Virus record (IMG/VR): IMGVR_UViG_3300014350_000112
Location: 721 to 64,720 of that record
DNA: 64,000 bases
Source: a virus
Reading direction: 5' to 3' (one strand)
Part shown: positions 1-8,167 of the stretch, in pieces
How the letters are laid out: each line of letters begins with the position of its first letter
How positions within the stretch are numbered: the first letter of the stretch is position 1
The notes under the pieces: model-generated
The model's database searches: none
Told to the model about the DNA's origin: nothing
What the model saw: only the letters and a program-made list of their open reading frames with translations
Position numbers and translations under genes: made by a program

Positions 1-122
1 TGATTTTGTAGCCAAGTTTTCATGCGGTAATAAACTTGACCGACTTTATCGTAAGACGCGTCAAATTCCAGACGCTTTACGAGCTTTTCGACCTCGTTTT
101 TATTCAAGATGAAATTTTCCAT
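1..122 (-). CDS. Hypothetical protein, partial (runs off the left edge)
   Basis: Manual translation from ATG at 122: MENFILNKNEVEKLVKRLEFDASYDKVGQVYYRMKTWLQN; starts 3 nt after the stop of the upstream minus-strand gene. Confidence 0.65.
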   Translation of the reverse strand, partial: MENFILNKNEVEKLVKRLEFDASYDKVGQVYYRMKTWLQN

Positions 123-125
123 CTT

Positions 126-410
126 TTATTCCATTGCTGCGACGACGTTTTCGGGAAGCAATCGCCAGCTGCGGACTTCCTCCATTTTAGCGAAAACAAA
201 ATGGACGCCAGCTTGCCCAAAAAAGAAGCCTCGCCGCCACGCCGCATCTGAAAATTCAGATACGACTTGCGGTGTAAATTCTAAAAGATCCGATTCTGCA
301 ATCCGCTTCATATGTGTGTCGTAAAGAAAAAACTTTCCCACGTCTCCACCAAATTGCATGTCGTAAAGGCTGATTAGTTTTTCGATTGCGTTTATAGCGA
401 TTTTATTCAC
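126..410 (-). CDS. Hypothetical protein, 94 aa
   Basis: GTG start preceded by GAAGGA RBS; co-oriented with neighbours. Confidence 0.7.
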   Translation of the reverse strand: MNKIAINAIEKLISLYDMQFGGDVGKFFLYDTHMKRIAESDLLEFTPQVVSEFSDAAWRRGFFFGQAGVHFVFAKMEEVRSWRLLPENVVAAME

Positions 411-426
411 GTTGTTTTTCCTTCAT

Positions 427-714
427 CTAGGCCGCGCCTTTGGCGACCCACTTGATAAAAGATTCAGTAGGTTTGACGTTGTGCGCTATAACATAATGCA
501 GCGCGCCCTCTGGAATCAAATATTCCAGATTAGAATTTTTATGGGAAAGAAATATGTCCATTGATCCAAGGCGCATCTTGCAAATACGGCATATAGAATA
601 GCCTTTGTAAAATTTGCCTTTTGTGCTTTTTATTTTTTGAAAATTGGAAAGAAATTTTTTACGGCCTTTCCACGGTTTTTCGTATCGCGCGACACGCGAT
701 ATGACGTATTTCCG
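427..714 (-). CDS. Hidden ORF with CxxC...HY..HN motif (95 codons, no upstream ATG; non-canonical start or frameshift product)
   Basis: Manual translation ...YEKPWKGRKKFLSNFQKIKSTKGKFYKGYSICRICKMRLGSMDIFLSHKNSNLEYLIPEGALHYVIAHNVKPTESFIKWVAKGAA*; resembles a recurrent phage family (YRG.S.CRIC...W..PEG..HY...HNV.P). Confidence 0.55.
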   Translation of the reverse strand, partial: RKYVISRVARYEKPWKGRKKFLSNFQKIKSTKGKFYKGYSICRICKMRLGSMDIFLSHKNSNLEYLIPEGALHYVIAHNVKPTESFIKWVAKGAA

Positions 715-1013
715 TTATAAAACAAAGTGGATTTGCTGGACGAGATATGGTCAAACGCCGACTTATCAGCTACGCCGATAATTTGGCTATATTCGACACA
801 TTGCGGAATACGGTTGAAATAATCTCTTTCGAATGGTCTGTCGAAAAGAACCATAAATTCTCTATAGTTGTTGTTACCGGTTTTTGTTACAATGCCGACT
901 TCAAATATGTTGGAACCAGTTTCGGAAATAAAACAGACTTCAACAATATTCCCGGCTCGAATTTTACGGGCCTGCATCAGCGTAATGCCTTTAAGGCCGT
1001 TGACAGTTTTCAT
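630..1013 (-). CDS. Hypothetical protein, 127 aa
   Basis: ORF track; downstream of the hairpin at 1047-1081. Confidence 0.65.
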   Translation of the reverse strand: MKTVNGLKGITLMQARKIRAGNIVEVCFISETGSNIFEVGIVTKTGNNNYREFMVLFDRPFERDYFNRIPQCVEYSQIIGVADKSAFDHISSSKSTLFYNGNTSYRVSRDTKNRGKAVKNFFPIFKK

Positions 1014-1046
1014 GGCTTTATTCCCAAAAAGTTGGTGGATTTAAAA

Positions 1047-1081
1047 AAGAAAATCAGAAAAATGCTTCCTGATTTTCTTTT
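1047..1081 (-). terminator. Probable intrinsic terminator
   Basis: AAAGAAAATCAG-N11-CTGATTTTCTTT inverted repeat between genes. Confidence 0.5.
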
Positions 1082-1095
1082 TTAATACGATTTCC

Positions 1096-1401
1096 TTACG
1101 CCTTGCGCGTAAGGATGAAGTCGGAAAAAATCCGACACATAACAGTGCGGAGACGATACATGGTCTTTTCATCCACACCATGAAACAGGGTTTTGATATT
1201 GGAAAAAGCCATTTCCAATTCTTCGGAACAGGTTTTTCCGTTCTTTAGAAAACGGATTTCCTTTTCCGATTTCGTAGAACCGCAACGCATAGAAACGTTG
1301 AGATTCAACACACGGACTTCCGACTTTTTCGTGCCGGAAAGGGACGCAATGACCACGAATTTATTTCCGGGGTCAGAAATAACATTGTGGGCTTTGAGCA
1401 T
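1096..1401 (-). CDS. Hypothetical protein, 101 aa
   Basis: ATG with GAGGG RBS. Confidence 0.7.
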   Translation of the reverse strand: MLKAHNVISDPGNKFVVIASLSGTKKSEVRVLNLNVSMRCGSTKSEKEIRFLKNGKTCSEELEMAFSNIKTLFHGVDEKTMYRLRTVMCRIFSDFILTRKA

Positions 1402-1460
1402 AAAATCCCTCGCTAATTTAGAAAATGCACCATTGCATTTTCCGACTTCAATTCAAAAGA

Positions 1461-1490
1461 AAAAAGGCGAGGAATATTCCTCGCCTTTTT
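1461..1490. terminator. Perfect 30-bp palindrome, probable bidirectional terminator
   Basis: AAAAAGGCGAGGAAT|ATTCCTCGCCTTTTT, downstream of the 1539..2342 gene. Confidence 0.75.
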
Positions 1491-1538
1491 AGTTTGTGTG
1501 GAATCACATCATAGAGGAAGACGCTTCTTGAAGCCGAC

Positions 1539-2342
1539 TTACGTCTTCATGCCGTAACCGGCGATCACGGCGCGCGCCGCATAACGATCACGGCGCAAAT
1601 CATCCGACTTCCGTCCGCGCCCCAAGGCCACGTCGGCGCCGGCCTTTTCCGCGATCTTCAGAGCGAAATCAGCCGACTTATTCGCCTTCTCCCACTTTTC
1701 CTGAAGTCCGATGATACGGCGAGCGGTGGTGCGCAGCGCGATAAGCTTCTTCTTCTGATCCGCAGACTTATACATCTTCTGCAAATCGACGGCGATCCAT
1801 TCCGTGAGAAACGCCTTATCCGAAGTCGGATCAACCTGCGACTTGATCCATTCCTTCAGATCATTCGCCTTCATCTTGTCGAAGTCGATTTCTTCCGATT
1901 CCTCGTCTTCCGAATCGTCTTCTTCCGATTCCTCGTCTTCCGATTCTTCGTCTTCCGAATCGTCTTCTTCCGATTCTTCGTCTTCCGATTCCTCGTCTTC
2001 CGATTCCTCGTCTTCCGAATCTTCGTCTTCCGAATCTTCGACTTCTTCCTTCTTCGGGCGACCGCGACCGCGCTTCACGGGCTTTTCCTCGTCGTCGGAA
2101 TCATCCGACTTATCGGACCCCGCCGCGTCCTGCACGCGCGACACCTGATCCTCGTCGTCGAAGTCGACGGAAACGTTGCCCTCGCTCGCTTCCATCATCG
2201 CGGCGAAAAGAGTGTCCGTCGAAACACTCGAAAGATTCAGCGCCATCGCTGTAAGAGCGCGGGCCAAATCCGTATTGACGGGAGTAGCGATAGTGAAAAC
2301 CGCAACGGCGGTCTTATTCGACTTCTTTGCCATGATAATCAT
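1539..2342 (-). CDS. AT-hook/acidic-tract protein (HMGA-like architecture), putative nucleoid-associated protein
   Basis: KRGRGRPKK AT-hook followed by about 50 aa of D/E/S repeats and a globular C-terminus; GC-rich codon usage; AGAGGA RBS. Confidence 0.7.
   Translation of the reverse strand: MIIMAKKSNKTAVAVFTIATPVNTDLARALTAMALNLSSVSTDTLFAAMMEASEGNVSVDFDDEDQVSRVQDAAGSDKSDDSDDEEKPVKRGRGRPKKEEVEDSEDEDSEDEESEDEESEDEESEEDDSEDEESEDEESEEDDSEDEESEEIDFDKMKANDLKEWIKSQVDPTSDKAFLTEWIAVDLQKMYKSADQKKKLIALRTTARRIIGLQEKWEKANKSADFALKIAEKAGADVALGRGRKSDDLRRDRYAARAVIAGYGMKT
1888..2045 (-). repeat. 15-nt tandem repeat encoding EDEES/EEDDS units
   Basis: Repeats such as TTCCGATTCCTCGTC / TTCCGAATCGTCTTC on the + strand. 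Confidence 0.85.
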
Positions 2343-2397
2343 AGTCCTCTTGTTGGTTTATATTGAAAGTGAATTATTCACTCTCAACCAAAAATGG

Positions 2398-2429
2398 AAA
2401 AAGGGACACGTTATAACGTGTCCCTTTTT
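2398..2429. terminator. Perfect 32-bp palindrome, probable bidirectional terminator
   Basis: AAAAAGGGACACGTTA|TAACGTGTCCCTTTTT. Confidence 0.75.
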
Positions 2430-2451
2430 TCAGCATTTATTCTGCCGACTT

Positions 2452-2634
2452 CTAGTTGACGGCCAGCACGTTCCATCCGCGACGGGCCATTTGCATAACC
2501 CAATTCTTGCGCCAATTGAAATTCTCAAACTTGTTTTTGAGAACTTCAACGGTGCGGATTTTCCTGTCGTCGTTCACATTGGGAAGTCGGTAATTGCGAT
2601 TCCCCAAAAGAACCGTGACCGTATTCTTGCTCAT
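2452..2634 (-). CDS. Small hypothetical protein, about 60 aa
   Basis: ATG at 2634 with AAGGA RBS; MSKNTVTVLLGNRNY... Confidence 0.6.
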   Translation of the reverse strand: MSKNTVTVLLGNRNYRLPNVNDDRKIRTVEVLKNKFENFNWRKNWVMQMARRGWNVLAVN

Positions 2635-2651
2635 TTTGATTCCTTTCTCGA

Positions 2652-2990
2652 TCAACGAGGAAGCAACTGGTTGATTCTGATGCTGAGATGATTGTCGAGT
2701 TGCGCAATGCGCTTTTCGAGTTCGAAAATCTTGGAAAGAGCGAAATCGATCAATTCGCTTTTCGTCATTTTCTTCGGGGCCGTCGACTTCACCGACTTCT
2801 GCTTCTTCCCCAAATTCTCGAAAGCCTTTTTCGCTTTCTTACGCGCCTTCTTTTCGGCCTTCTCCGACTTCTTCGCGGCCTTCTTCGCGGCCTTCTTCAC
2901 CGACTTCACCGCATCCTTTGAGGATTGCTTTACGGTGGGAATATCACCGACTTCCGAGGTGACGATTTTATCCGACTTCTTACTCTTCAT
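2652..2990 (-). CDS. Lys/Ala-rich histone-like protein with C-terminal coiled coil, about 112 aa
   Basis: Start re-set to ATG 2990 (GAGG RBS); KKAAKKAAKKSEKAEKKARKKAKK tract. Confidence 0.7.
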   Translation of the reverse strand: MKSKKSDKIVTSEVGDIPTVKQSSKDAVKSVKKAAKKAAKKSEKAEKKARKKAKKAFENLGKKQKSVKSTAPKKMTKSELIDFALSKIFELEKRIAQLDNHLSIRINQLLPR

Positions 2991-3045
2991 AGTGGGCCTC
3001 GCTGATAGGATTATATTCAGGGATAGGGCAAGCCTCCCCATTATG

Positions 3046-3074
3046 ACACTAGCATCGATTCGAATCCACGTCAA
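3046..3074 (-). promoter_or_regulatory. Candidate host sigma70-type promoter for the left gene block
   Basis: Minus strand TTGACG-N17-TAGTGT with GCTA at the start of the -10, as in alphaproteobacterial housekeeping promoters. Confidence 0.45.
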
Positions 3075-3228
3075 CCCCGGCTAAACCCCTAAAATCTAGG
3101 ATAACATGCCTATCCGTTAACCATTTGGGCGGGAGAATTCGAATGCAAAAAAATCGGGATTGATAGGAATATTTACCAAAAAAGTATTTGAATTTATTTT
3201 TAGATATAAATCTACTAGACTTCCAAAA

Positions 3229-3837
3229 TTACTCATTTTGAAGTCGGATATTATCGTTAGATGTTTTGATAGCTAACCTAACAGCAGGGAAGTCGGAATA
3301 AAATGCTGGATAATCAGGGTGTTCTGAGGTTGCTTTAGTAATTAAAAAGTCGGAATCTAGCCAATAATCCCATGAGTTATTTTGAGCTAAGGAATATTCG
3401 ACTTCTACTAGGTAAGAAGCCATGTTAAAAACAATATTAGAATACCAATTATATTGAGATATAAAAACGATACTATAAGCCGATACTGTTAGATAATAAT
3501 TTGAGCCATCATTTCTTAAAATTCGTTCATAATATTTAGGCATAAAATTAATTAAAGGATTTCGTAAAAAGAAAACTTTTTTATTTGAATCTAAAATTTT
3601 AGAACTTTTAACGTGGTTTAATTTAGCCTCCTTTACAAAATCGTATGCGTGCATAAGATCATTTAACATAATTTTAGGTGCTTTAATTGTTTGATAACTA
3701 GCACCAGAATCTAAAAACCCTGTCTTTAAAAATGAATCTGTAAAATTAAATGGCGTTTCGCACCATTTAAAAAACCATCTATCTAATGACGGTAGTTTTT
3801 CTAAAGACAGACCAAAAGTAGGAAAAGGTAAAAACAT
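3229..3837 (-). CDS. Hypothetical protein, 202 aa
   Basis: ORF track; operon with SbcC. Confidence 0.7.
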   Translation of the reverse strand: MFLPFPTFGLSLEKLPSLDRWFFKWCETPFNFTDSFLKTGFLDSGASYQTIKAPKIMLNDLMHAYDFVKEAKLNHVKSSKILDSNKKVFFLRNPLINFMPKYYERILRNDGSNYYLTVSAYSIVFISQYNWYSNIVFNMASYLVEVEYSLAQNNSWDYWLDSDFLITKATSEHPDYPAFYSDFPAVRLAIKTSNDNIRLQNE

Positions 3838-3845
3838 TTTATATT

Positions 3846-4256
3846 TTAAAGAGGAATAAGAGTAAAATCTTCACTACCATCAGGCTTTTTCTTTTTCTTA
3901 GTAAGTAACTGATAGCTAGTGGGCATATTTTGCTTACCTTGTTGTTGAATTTTTACTATAGCGGTAACAGATTCAATATCTTCACCGTTTTTAGCTTCTC
4001 TTAAAGCTCTAGCAAAAATAGGTAAAAGATTATTAATTGCTTCTTCGTTATCTGAAACAAAAGAAAATACAGTTGCACCAACAAAAGTTATAGGTTCAGC
4101 ATTTATAACAGGAGTATTATGATCTATTGTAGGAGTAGGAGAAGGTTCAATAGCAGGAGATTCCGATGCAGATTTCTCTGCAAGAGTTTCATCTTTTTTA
4201 AGAATTTCGTGTGGTATAACAGCCGCTTCAATTTCTTGTTTTTTTACTTCTTCCAT
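3846..4256 (-). CDS. Hypothetical protein, 136 aa
   Basis: AAGGAA RBS; CGGTAAA motif 38 nt upstream. Confidence 0.75.
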   Translation of the reverse strand: MEEVKKQEIEAAVIPHEILKKDETLAEKSASESPAIEPSPTPTIDHNTPVINAEPITFVGATVFSFVSDNEEAINNLLPIFARALREAKNGEDIESVTAIVKIQQQGKQNMPTSYQLLTKKKKKPDGSEDFTLIPL

Positions 4257-5097
4257 TTTTAGTTCCTTTATTTAATATTCCACGAGTTACAGATTTACCG
4301 CTTTTAACAAATTCATTCTTTTTTATTATCCTACCTAACACCCCCGAATCTCTACTTTCTCCCTTAGTCCAAAGCATAACAAAATAGCGAACGTCAAACG
4401 GAGAAATATCATATTTATTGGCTATTTGCTTGATATTTTTTTCAACTTCTTTAGTTTTTAAAACCTCAACAACCGCTTTTTTTAAAGTTAAACCTATATC
4501 AGATATAGTAAGATCTATAATTCCTTGAAAACGGATCAGAGCATTTCCTCTTTTTGGAGAAAAGGAAAGCATCTTAGTTTTAAAATCTTCAATACCAATT
4601 TTATTTGTTAAAAACAATAGCACTGCATTTTTTATATCTTTTTGCATAGAAAATTGAAATGTATAAAATAACGCTTGGTATGCTTGTAAAAAACTCTTTT
4701 CTGATTTTGACTTAGCAACTAAATCGAATATATCTGCATCGCGTTTTAGTGTTGGTATTTTACTAGGGGGTTGCGTATTTGGGTTATTAATTATATAAGA
4801 AGCAATATTTATATTAGTTATGGTTTTATTATCCAGTATATTAATTCCTAATTCTTCCATAATCTTTTGTGGAGCAAATAATAAAATAGTATGCCTAGCC
4901 TTTTTAACAGCTATCTGTCTTAAAAAAGACATCATTTTAGGTATTGTAAAAAATATAGCAAGTATATTTTTACCAACTTTTTCCTCTGTCTTATTTGGTT
5001 CTATTAAATAACGTATTTTATCCTTTCCCTTCCTACCCTCTATATAGTTTAAAAAAGTTATTGGGTTTGTTTTTGAAAGACCATAGATAACGAACAT
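4228..5097 (-). CDS. Hypothetical protein, 289 aa (possibly a clamp-loader accessory subunit)
   Basis: ORF track; accessory role is only a guess from size and context. Confidence 0.6.
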   Translation of the reverse strand: MFVIYGLSKTNPITFLNYIEGRKGKDKIRYLIEPNKTEEKVGKNILAIFFTIPKMMSFLRQIAVKKARHTILLFAPQKIMEELGINILDNKTITNINIASYIINNPNTQPPSKIPTLKRDADIFDLVAKSKSEKSFLQAYQALFYTFQFSMQKDIKNAVLLFLTNKIGIEDFKTKMLSFSPKRGNALIRFQGIIDLTISDIGLTLKKAVVEVLKTKEVEKNIKQIANKYDISPFDVRYFVMLWTKGESRDSGVLGRIIKKNEFVKSGKSVTRGILNKGTKNGRSKKTRN

Positions 5098-5105
5098 GAA
5101 AATTA

Positions 5106-7445
5106 CTATCCCTCAATAACACGAGAAATGCCATTCTTTTTTTCTATAATTAATTCATGCGCGTGGGGAGAATAAAATTCATTCTTATTAGTAGGCGTAA
5201 GTAAAATAACGGTTGAATATGCCTGTTGAACAGCGGGTAAAAACTCTTCACTAAATAATCGTCTAGAAGGTGCATCCATATTAGCTTCTATCTCATCAAA
5301 TATAATAAAGTTAAACCTTTTATCTGGAGGCAAAAACGTAGCTAAAGCAAGAGCAGACAATGCTGTAAAACACCTAGCTTCTGCACCAGATAAAGTTCTA
5401 ACATCTTCGGGTGATCTTTTATTTCTTTCAGCAAAAATACCAAAAGATGTTGATGTAATATTACAAGAAAATACCATTTTTTCTGGATACAATAAATGGG
5501 ATAAAGTATTTAAATTATCTACATAGCGATTAGCCATTGCCTCCATTTTAAAAATGCGCACTCCACGGGCACCATAGGCTTCTTTAAGTTTAGAATATAT
5601 TGAAGCATGCTTGGTTTTATTTTGTAAAATTTCAATATCATTACGTAACTTAACTGTATTTTTATGAGAAGCTTTTCCAACTTCGATTAATAATTTATAA
5701 GAAGCAATTGTTTCATTTATATTGGAAGCAGAATTGCTTACTTTATCATGCTCTTCTTTAAGTTTTATATTTTCTTTTTTTGCTTCATCTATAGAATTAA
5801 AACGCACGGGTAAATTTTTTAGAGCTTTAAAAAGGCGTTTAATTTCTAATTGCTTACTCAACTCATTTTGTAAATTTTTCTCCAATTTTTCAAAATTAGA
5901 AGATTTAATACTCTTTGGTATTTTTATAACTTTTGGTCTATTTAAAAGCTTAAAAGTCGCTTTATTTTCGTTTAGCTCTTGTAATTTTTTTAAGGTGTTC
6001 TTATTAGATAGACCAATTTTAATATCCTTTTTTAACTGGATAATTTTATCTCTTAAAGAATATGCTTCTTCTTTCAATTTTTTGTATAACAAAAAATTGT
6101 CAAATTCTTTTTTATGTGTTTCTAATTTTTGCAATGCAGTTTTAGCAACACTAAATTCCTTTTTAACTCTTTTTTGTTCAGACTCAATATGCTCTAAAGT
6201 AACTGGTTGCAAACAAGAAGGGCATTTTCCATTAGCTGAATTTATTTTAAGTAACTTTTTATATTCTTCCTTTAGTGAATGTGCTTTACCTAAAATTTTC
6301 TTTAATAATTTATCGTCTACTGGTTCTTGTTGTCTTGCTTTATTTTTAATCTTTTTATATTCATTCATTATACGTAAAAAAGTCTTTTTAGATTGTTTAT
6401 AAAGAGACAAATTATCATAATAATTATCAACGGCTTTTTTAATATCAGTAGATAATTCTTCAATCCCATCAAGTTCTGTCTTAAGCGTAACAATATTTCT
6501 CTTTATTTTTTTACTCTTATTATTATATTGTTTCAAATTTTCTTTATACTGTATATATTGTTCTTGTATTTTTCTACTTTTTCTTACTGTAATTAATTTT
6601 TCTTCTAATTTTTTAATCTTAATATTTATTTGATTTTCCGAGCTAGAATCTAAGGGTAAGGATCTTATTTCTTCTGTATCCGCCACAGCTAAAAAGGTTG
6701 CTATATTTTGTAGATGCTTTGTTATTTTATTTAATATATTTTTATTTTTTAGTTGTTTACGTTCTAATTGCTTTACTATTTTTTCTTTTTTTTCAATATC
6801 TTCTAACGAAAGAACATCACCTGTTTCTTTTAAATCTTCTTCTAATTTATCTTCCAGCTTTTTTAAAAGAGCCATGTCTGATTGAATATCTTTCAATTTT
6901 TCTGCTATAATATCAAAAGCTTTATCATATGATATAAAATCAACAATATTTTCAAAAAAAGCAAAACGCTGTGCCCCTGTTCCTTTTAAAAGAGGATTGA
7001 AACGCATCACATCTATATAATTAAAAGCATAAAATTGTTCCTCTGGTATAGGAAACAACTTGGCTATAGCTTCTTTAGCTTTAACAACTTCTCTATAAGA
7101 TTGTTCTTTTCCATTTATATTAAGACCTAGCTTTATTGAAGAACGGCCTGACATTTCTTGAGTTAAACAAAATCTATTCTTATCTTTAGAAAGAACAACA
7201 GAGATTAAGCTATTTTTCTCGTGTAGAGATTTAGCGGAATTTTTCTTAGCAGCAGATGGTGGGGCAGAATAAATTAATGTAGGTAACGCCGACAAAAGTA
7301 AGCTTTTACCTACACCATTAGCAGCATTTTCTTGTTTTCTATCTAAATTTCTACCACGAATAACATACAAGGGGTCGCTAAATTTTACCTCAGCTTCCTT
7401 ATATGTTATAATATTACGTAGAGAAATACTTTTTAAATTAATCAT
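5106..7445 (-). CDS. sbcC: SbcC/Rad50-like SMC ATPase (recombination endonuclease subunit)
   Basis: Walker A NGVGKS, long coiled coils, zinc hook CPSC, signature LSGAE, Walker B/D-loop IIFDEIEANMD. Confidence 0.93.
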   Translation of the reverse strand: MINLKSISLRNIITYKEAEVKFSDPLYVIRGRNLDRKQENAANGVGKSLLLSALPTLIYSAPPSAAKKNSAKSLHEKNSLISVVLSKDKNRFCLTQEMSGRSSIKLGLNINGKEQSYREVVKAKEAIAKLFPIPEEQFYAFNYIDVMRFNPLLKGTGAQRFAFFENIVDFISYDKAFDIIAEKLKDIQSDMALLKKLEDKLEEDLKETGDVLSLEDIEKKEKIVKQLERKQLKNKNILNKITKHLQNIATFLAVADTEEIRSLPLDSSSENQINIKIKKLEEKLITVRKSRKIQEQYIQYKENLKQYNNKSKKIKRNIVTLKTELDGIEELSTDIKKAVDNYYDNLSLYKQSKKTFLRIMNEYKKIKNKARQQEPVDDKLLKKILGKAHSLKEEYKKLLKINSANGKCPSCLQPVTLEHIESEQKRVKKEFSVAKTALQKLETHKKEFDNFLLYKKLKEEAYSLRDKIIQLKKDIKIGLSNKNTLKKLQELNENKATFKLLNRPKVIKIPKSIKSSNFEKLEKNLQNELSKQLEIKRLFKALKNLPVRFNSIDEAKKENIKLKEEHDKVSNSASNINETIASYKLLIEVGKASHKNTVKLRNDIEILQNKTKHASIYSKLKEAYGARGVRIFKMEAMANRYVDNLNTLSHLLYPEKMVFSCNITSTSFGIFAERNKRSPEDVRTLSGAEARCFTALSALALATFLPPDKRFNFIIFDEIEANMDAPSRRLFSEEFLPAVQQAYSTVILLTPTNKNEFYSPHAHELIIEKKNGISRVIEG

Positions 7446-7710
7446 TTAATAAATCAACTTTTTCAAAACGTCCATCGTGAAACTCGTCAACGGGCCGCAC
7501 CCAATAATTGCCTTCGTGTTCGTAGATAATTAAAGGTTCCATATCGCTTATGCTTCTTCCATCTTCTACTTGCAAAGAACCGATAGCTATAATTTTACAC
7601 TCAACATTACGTTTTTTGTGTTTCCATACATCACCAGCCTTAGCAGTAAATTTGACTAAATCAGATCTTTTTGGGATAACAACTATTTCGTTTTCTAATT
7701 CTTTAGTCAT
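7438..7710 (-). CDS. DUF1653-like small protein
   Basis: WKHKK...IIYEHEGNYWVRPVDEFHDGRF pattern. Confidence 0.6.
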   Translation of the reverse strand: MTKELENEIVVIPKRSDLVKFTAKAGDVWKHKKRNVECKIIAIGSLQVEDGRSISDMEPLIIYEHEGNYWVRPVDEFHDGRFEKVDLLND

Positions 7711-8167
7711 TAGTTAACTTGCCTTTCCTTTCAGATAAGAATTTAATTGTCTGCCCTTGATGGGTAGGCAGATGATTACCTTGATGAGAGGTCATCCAAA
7801 ATTCTAAATCAATTCTTTTAAATTCATTTAAAGTTAACGCGTTTTCTCTTACTACACTTTTTAAATCATTGTATTCAAAAATTCCATACATAACATAATT
7901 GGTAAAAGATATTGAGGAAAAATAAAAATAAGCTCTATGGGGTATAATAACAGGAGTTGTTATAGATAACACATCTATGTCTGGCAATGTCCATTTCTTA
8001 ACAATGGAATCAGCTTCAAATTCTAAATCACCGTCTTCGTCAATATAAAATTCTCTAACATTAATGTATAAAGAAAATTCTTTTTGATTATTTTCAATAT
8101 CTCTATTATTAGATAATACTAAAAAATCACACCCAATTTTTTTTGAAATTTTAGTAAAAGGCCACAT
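7703..8167 (-). CDS. Hypothetical protein, 154 aa
   Basis: Overlaps neighbours by stop/start coupling. Confidence 0.7.
   Translation of the reverse strand: MWPFTKISKKIGCDFLVLSNNRDIENNQKEFSLYINVREFYIDEDGDLEFEADSIVKKWTLPDIDVLSITTPVIIPHRAYFYFSSISFTNYVMYGIFEYNDLKSVVRENALTLNEFKRIDLEFWMTSHQGNHLPTHQGQTIKFLSERKGKLTND

Larger units (their letters stand above)
40..3353. repeat. Dispersed cluster of 21 CCGACTT/AAGTCGG heptamers
   Basis: Manual count; positions listed in findings. Confidence 0.85.

Noticed and set aside
1804-2148. Plus-strand Ser-rich ORF (114 aa) and the 2176..2691 ORF
   Set aside because: Antisense shadows of the acidic-repeat gene and its neighbours; poly-Ser is simply the reverse complement of Glu/Asp codons.
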